NCBI GenBank assembly: GCA_040217195.1
Contig: JAVJNR010000004.1
Coordinates: 224,001 to 288,000 of the forward strand
Origin: Leptospiraceae bacterium
Lineage (GTDB): Bacteria > Spirochaetota > Leptospiria > Leptospirales > Leptonemataceae
Direction of reading: 5' to 3'
DNA length: 64,000 bases
The translations under genes and the position numbers were made by a program. Shown one piece after another: positions 59,576-64,000 of this stretch (position 1 is its first letter; every line of letters starts with the position of its first letter). Under the pieces are notes generated by a model. It saw only the letters and a program-made list of their open reading frames with translations. It searched no databases and was not told where the DNA came from.

Positions 59576-60627
59576 TATGGTCCGGCAAGAGTGGGATACA
59601 GATCCTGAAAGACCTCCATGGCCCGATCTCCATCATATCTCTCCAGCTTATCCTCAAATTCGCGGCCTTCCAGCACAAGAGCATTTTCCATTGAAGTGGC
59701 CATAATTGAATATTCTGGAACAATTACCCTTAGATGAAAGCACATGGATTGCCTTATCCGAAAGAATTCTATCCAGCTACCTTCGGTCCGGTCCGCCACT
59801 CGTAATACCAGTTCCGAATCCTCTAACTTCTGTATCTGTTCGCGAATGCCCCTGGAATTGATCTGGCCAGGGGTCAGGCCAGCCCTATCCCTCCAGAGTC
59901 CACGACAGGCCTGTGGCGTCGCAACAGAGTCCATTGCATCCGACGAAACAATTATAATAATTTCCTTTCTTTGATTCTGATTTAGATCTATTTGCCTTCG
60001 TAGTGCCAGAGTATGTAATTCAGCAGGGTGTAAAGGTCTGGATTTTCCACCTTCTTTCAGTCGAAAGCGTGCTGCTGCAAATTCTCCTGGAAGGGTCAGG
60101 CGATAGCCATGCTCCGGATGCGATACCAGGGTTCTATTCTGCTCAGTTCGATAAAGGACCACTGGTCCTACGAAGTTTACCGTGGCCTTCTCGAGTTTGT
60201 TGGCGGCCTCCCGGGAGGCCTTTTTTTGATAGGCAGGTAGATTATCAAGGGCAGCCAGCGCATGAAAGGTTTTCCAGATTCGACTGGCCTGCTCAGCATT
60301 TCCCGCTCTGTACAGCGCCTCCGCCTCCGCCATATGAAAAGGAGCATCCGAATCTCTGGGAACATTCGCTGGCATTGTCTCGAGCGGAAAGAAATCCAAT
60401 CCTGCCACGGTGAGAGAAAAGCCCCGCCCCTGACTGTCCTTCATCCACCATTGGCCTCGGACCAGCCCCTTCCGCTTCTGCATACCAGACATCCAGTCGA
60501 GTAATCGGTCTTTTTCTGCCTGGATCCAGGGGCGGCGGATTAGCTGGGCTTCCTGCGCTGAAGCCGACCCTGACCATGAAATGCTCAGGATGAACGAAAG
60601 TATAATGGCTTTGTAACGCATGCTCAC
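59575..60627 (-). CDS. Hypothetical exported protein
   Basis: Sec signal (MRYKAIILSFILSISWSGSASA); TAATG coupling to the phosphatase. Confidence 0.75.
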   Translation of the reverse strand: MSMRYKAIILSFILSISWSGSASAQEAQLIRRPWIQAEKDRLLDWMSGMQKRKGLVRGQWWMKDSQGRGFSLTVAGLDFFPLETMPANVPRDSDAPFHMAEAEALYRAGNAEQASRIWKTFHALAALDNLPAYQKKASREAANKLEKATVNFVGPVVLYRTEQNRTLVSHPEHGYRLTLPGEFAAARFRLKEGGKSRPLHPAELHTLALRRQIDLNQNQRKEIIIIVSSDAMDSVATPQACRGLWRDRAGLTPGQINSRGIREQIQKLEDSELVLRVADRTEGSWIEFFRIRQSMCFHLRVIVPEYSIMATSMENALVLEGREFEDKLERYDGDRAMEVFQDLYPTLAGP

Positions 60628-60694
60628 CTTATTCTTTTTTCGGTTTTTGCTGGAACTGCTTGACTGAGACTTTTGCTAAAAGATCTTTCAGGAG

Positions 60695-61435
60695 ATGGCC
60701 GACCAAAAGCAGGTATTCCAGAACATAAAGATGATTGTGAAACCTTTTCTCAATCTGATGGTATCCATCGATAAAAAAGGTCTTCAGCACATTCCGGATG
60801 CAGGAGGCACCATCCTGGTGGGCAATCATCGTTCCGATATGGATCCATTTATTGTAGCTTCTGTTGTGCCTCGCTATATCTCCTGGATTGCAGCGGAATA
60901 CACTCAGAGAATTCCCATATTTAAAAACCTGATTCGGGAAACCGGAGTCATTCCAATGGACATAAGCGGTAACGTTTCAGTATCGTCCATAAAGAGATTG
61001 ATGGGAGTGTTGAAGTCCGGCGAAATACTTGGTATTTTTCCCGAGGGTCATGACTACATGGTTCAGAATGACTTTGCTGCGCCAATGGTTTCCTTTCACT
61101 CCGGCTTTGCTATTTTTGCTTACAGGGCCCGGGTTCCCATTGTTCCTTTCAGCATCATTCCTGTTGAGGAAGAGATTGAGGCAATGCCCGTGCCGCAACA
61201 GCTCAGACAGCTAATGGGCTTACCGGAAGAGGTATCCAGCATCCCCCAGCGAGCCAACTACAAGAAAGTTAAGGTTGTTTTCGGACCGGCTCTCCAACCC
61301 GATGAGTTTCGCGAAAAGAAAGAAAAGGATGCCCTGGAATACATCCGGAATAAGGTCCGAAACTCCATGATAGATATTCAATTGCAGGAAGGACTGCTTG
61401 CAGATAATGAACTTTCCGTCCAGACCACTTCGTAA
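60695..61435 (+). CDS. 1-acyl-sn-glycerol-3-phosphate acyltransferase family (PlsC-like)
   Basis: NHRSDMD (HxxxxD), IFPEG, VPIVP. Confidence 0.9.
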   Translation: MADQKQVFQNIKMIVKPFLNLMVSIDKKGLQHIPDAGGTILVGNHRSDMDPFIVASVVPRYISWIAAEYTQRIPIFKNLIRETGVIPMDISGNVSVSSIKRLMGVLKSGEILGIFPEGHDYMVQNDFAAPMVSFHSGFAIFAYRARVPIVPFSIIPVEEEIEAMPVPQQLRQLMGLPEEVSSIPQRANYKKVKVVFGPALQPDEFREKKEKDALEYIRNKVRNSMIDIQLQEGLLADNELSVQTTS

Positions 61436-63962
61436 GATTCTTCCGGTTCAAATAGTCAGACTACTTCCCTATTTCCTGGCTCTGGGTCTGGCCCTACTGC
61501 ATTTGCTGGTCTGGATTCGTTTCCAGGGCCTTGAAGATGCGAAGCATCAAAAGGAGCTTCAAAAAGTTGCCACTGACATTTCCCGCCACGCCCAGAGAAG
61601 AGTCGATTTCTATAGCAGTGAACTACTGGCTTTGGAATCACTGTACAAAGCATCAGATCTTGTAACTCTGGCAGACTGGAAATCATTCCTTAAAACTATG
61701 CGTGCAGACCAGGATCCAATCATCATGGACCTGGCGGTAGGTAGGGTAACTCCTACAGGACGATTCATTCCTCAGTATAGCAAATCCCAGAGCTCCCAGT
61801 GGGAAACAGGACGAAACACCTATAAGGTTCTTCGGGACAGAGAAGAGGTCTTCGCAGAGTCCTATACCCCTCCAGTGATTCTAAAGGAGATAGGAGATGG
61901 ATATCAGTTCCAGATGTTTCGACTCATGGATGCCAGAACCATGCAGGTGGCCGCAATTCGCCTGAACGGTGCATTGCTTTTTCAGGAGCTAAAGACTGAA
62001 TTTCCGGAAGGTATCTCAGTTGAGGTTTTCCTACCAGCACCGGAAAGCGCATTGTTGCTCGGACCGCCCGGTACAGGGACCAGGCCGAACTGGAGCCCGG
62101 TCACCCCTGAATTGGAAGCGAAAGGAGATACCATACTTTTTCACGGCCCCTATTTTCGTTATAATATTCATGCAAGCGATAGATTCTTTGAATTATACTC
62201 CGGAGCGGATCAGGGATTATTCAGATTCTTTTTTGTATTCGGTGGATTGGGACTGTCCGTTCTAATTGCACTGCTATTCTGGCAACAGGCGCGAACAAGA
62301 AGTCGGGCTGTGGACCTGGCCAGATCCATGGCGCGTGCCTTTCGCATATCCAGAAGCCGTCAGGCCCAGGTATTCAGAAAAAACAAAGCGGTTCAGCTTT
62401 TGCTGGAACCGGCCACAGGTCGCATAATCGATGCAAATGAAGCGGCCATACAATTCTACGGATATGAGCGAGAAGAATTACTCAAGAAGACCGTAATCGA
62501 TATAAACACAGCCACCAGAGAAGAGATTCTGGCGGCCATGGAAAGAGCAAGAACTGCAGGACAGAGCCATTTCGATTTCAGGCATCAGCTAAAGAATGGA
62601 GAGATTCGGGATGTGGAGGTTTATTCGGGCCCGCTGGATTTTCAGGGCAAAACCTTCTTGTACTCCATTGTTCATGATGTGACCGTGCGAAAGCAACTGG
62701 AGAAGGAACTAATTCAAGCCAAAGAGTCTGCCCTGGCAGCGTCCCATGCTAAATCTGCCTTTCTGGCCAACATGAGTCATGAAATTCGTACCCCCATGTA
62801 TTCCTTGATGGGAATGGCAGAACTAATGAAGGAAACGACTCTGGAGCCCGATCAAACCGAGTACCTGGATATCATTGAGAAAAGCTCCAGAGCATTGCTT
62901 GAAGTAATCGATAATGTACTGGATGTATCCAGAATAGAATCCGGGACCATGGTTCTGGACAACGCTCCATTCAATCCCAACCGAATACTGGAGAATGTTC
63001 TGGCAATAATGGAACCGGTGGCCCGCCAGAAGGAATTGACTTTGCAAGTTGAGTCTGGCCTGGATCCGGATTTGATTTTGAGCGGCGATGCATTTCGGAT
63101 GCAGCAGGTTCTACTGAATCTTGTCGGGAACAGTATTAAATTCACTTCCAGCGGCGAAATTCTGATTCTGGCAGATAGTCTTGCCAGTCATCCATTGACA
63201 GGGGATGGAGATTCGCCTCCTACACTGGAAGTGATTCGCATTGGAGTTAAGGACTCCGGTCGTGGTATTACCAGAGAGGAGATGGAACATATCTTCGATG
63301 CATTCTACCAGGCTGACATGCCTGTTCGGAAAAGACCCGGTGGAAGTGGTCTGGGATTGAGTATCAGTAAAAAGATTGTTGAACTCATGGGCTCATCGCT
63401 GCGAGTAATCAGCCAGCCCGGTGAGGGCAGCCATTTCTTCTTTACCGTTCAATTGCCCACTACCCAGGCTCGAGAACAAAGGAAAGAAACCAGAGATGAG
63501 GTACCATTGGAACCAGGGAAGGCCCGTATCCTGATCGTCGAGGATAATCAAGACAATCAAATGCTAATCAACAAGATGCTGGGCAAAGGTCCGTACAAAC
63601 TGGATTCCGCCTGGAATGGAAAAGAAGCCGTAAGGAAAACGGCCAATCAGGACTTTGATTTAATACTCATGGATTTGCAAATGCCTGAACTGGACGGTCT
63701 CAGCGCCTGCAAACTTATCAAACGTCGGTATGCTCGCAGGCCTTCCTACCAATCCAGAGTTTGCCCCCCGGTGGTAGCGCTCACCGCTTCAAGCCTGGAG
63801 GAGGACAAGCAGGAAGCCTTTGAGGCTGGCATGGTACGATTTGTGAGCAAGCCGGTAACTCCGAGTGAGCTGCGAAGACTGGTACAGGAAACAATCAACG
63901 GTTCACATCGGATGCCGCCGGACAGTGGCGGCCCGGTCCTTAAGCCAGAGTCAATGAAGTAA
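61407..63962 (+). CDS. Membrane hybrid histidine kinase (extracytoplasmic CHASE-like, PAS, HisKA, HATPase, REC)
   Basis: Two TM segments, PAS (IIDANEAAIQFYGY), SHEIRTP, NLVGNSIKF, GSGLGL, ILMDLQMP. Confidence 0.93.
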   Translation: MNFPSRPLRKILPVQIVRLLPYFLALGLALLHLLVWIRFQGLEDAKHQKELQKVATDISRHAQRRVDFYSSELLALESLYKASDLVTLADWKSFLKTMRADQDPIIMDLAVGRVTPTGRFIPQYSKSQSSQWETGRNTYKVLRDREEVFAESYTPPVILKEIGDGYQFQMFRLMDARTMQVAAIRLNGALLFQELKTEFPEGISVEVFLPAPESALLLGPPGTGTRPNWSPVTPELEAKGDTILFHGPYFRYNIHASDRFFELYSGADQGLFRFFFVFGGLGLSVLIALLFWQQARTRSRAVDLARSMARAFRISRSRQAQVFRKNKAVQLLLEPATGRIIDANEAAIQFYGYEREELLKKTVIDINTATREEILAAMERARTAGQSHFDFRHQLKNGEIRDVEVYSGPLDFQGKTFLYSIVHDVTVRKQLEKELIQAKESALAASHAKSAFLANMSHEIRTPMYSLMGMAELMKETTLEPDQTEYLDIIEKSSRALLEVIDNVLDVSRIESGTMVLDNAPFNPNRILENVLAIMEPVARQKELTLQVESGLDPDLILSGDAFRMQQVLLNLVGNSIKFTSSGEILILADSLASHPLTGDGDSPPTLEVIRIGVKDSGRGITREEMEHIFDAFYQADMPVRKRPGGSGLGLSISKKIVELMGSSLRVISQPGEGSHFFFTVQLPTTQAREQRKETRDEVPLEPGKARILIVEDNQDNQMLINKMLGKGPYKLDSAWNGKEAVRKTANQDFDLILMDLQMPELDGLSACKLIKRRYARRPSYQSRVCPPVVALTASSLEEDKQEAFEAGMVRFVSKPVTPSELRRLVQETINGSHRMPPDSGGPVLKPESMK

Positions 63963-64000
63963 ATTCGCGCCCTGACCTTCGAGCAAATTCCTTTGACATC

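Noticed and set aside
1..64000. tRNA/rRNA genes, prophage, integrase, intact transposase
   Set aside because: No cloverleaf, rRNA-like tract or mobile-element protein recognised. The remaining short ORFs in the track are antisense or alternative-frame shadows of real genes.

Overview
Gene-dense (about 55 CDS), roughly 50% GC bacterial chromosome segment. It holds mostly housekeeping and signalling genes: uppS-like, map, cysK, argH, speE-like, pcnB, topA, dprA, murB, mazG, nadB, ctpA-like S41 protease, purL, fumC and plsC-like. It also has three hybrid PAS histidine kinases, a NarL-type two-component pair and a SpoIIE/PP2C phosphatase. Gene content and the many short spirochaete-style lipoprotein signals suggest a Leptospiraceae-like spirochaete (inference, not verified). 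A de novo glycine-betaine pathway (GSMT+SDMT) converging on a Na+-type BCCT transporter suggests a saline habitat. I found no rRNA, tRNA, CRISPR array, prophage or intact transposase. Best candidates for undescribed biology: (1) a module of SAM methyltransferase, atypical membrane kinase and response regulator, divergent from a ferritin-like diiron protein coupled to a displaced cis-prenyltransferase and an SDR; (2) an osmolyte island with a palindromic operator and a structured 5' leader; (3) an apparently orphan, lipoprotein-type bufferin-like Cys-rich precursor; (4) an agmatine/triamine-type aminopropyltransferase following argH; (5) several unexplained intergenic repeats. All assignments come from motif recognition by eye; no searches were run.
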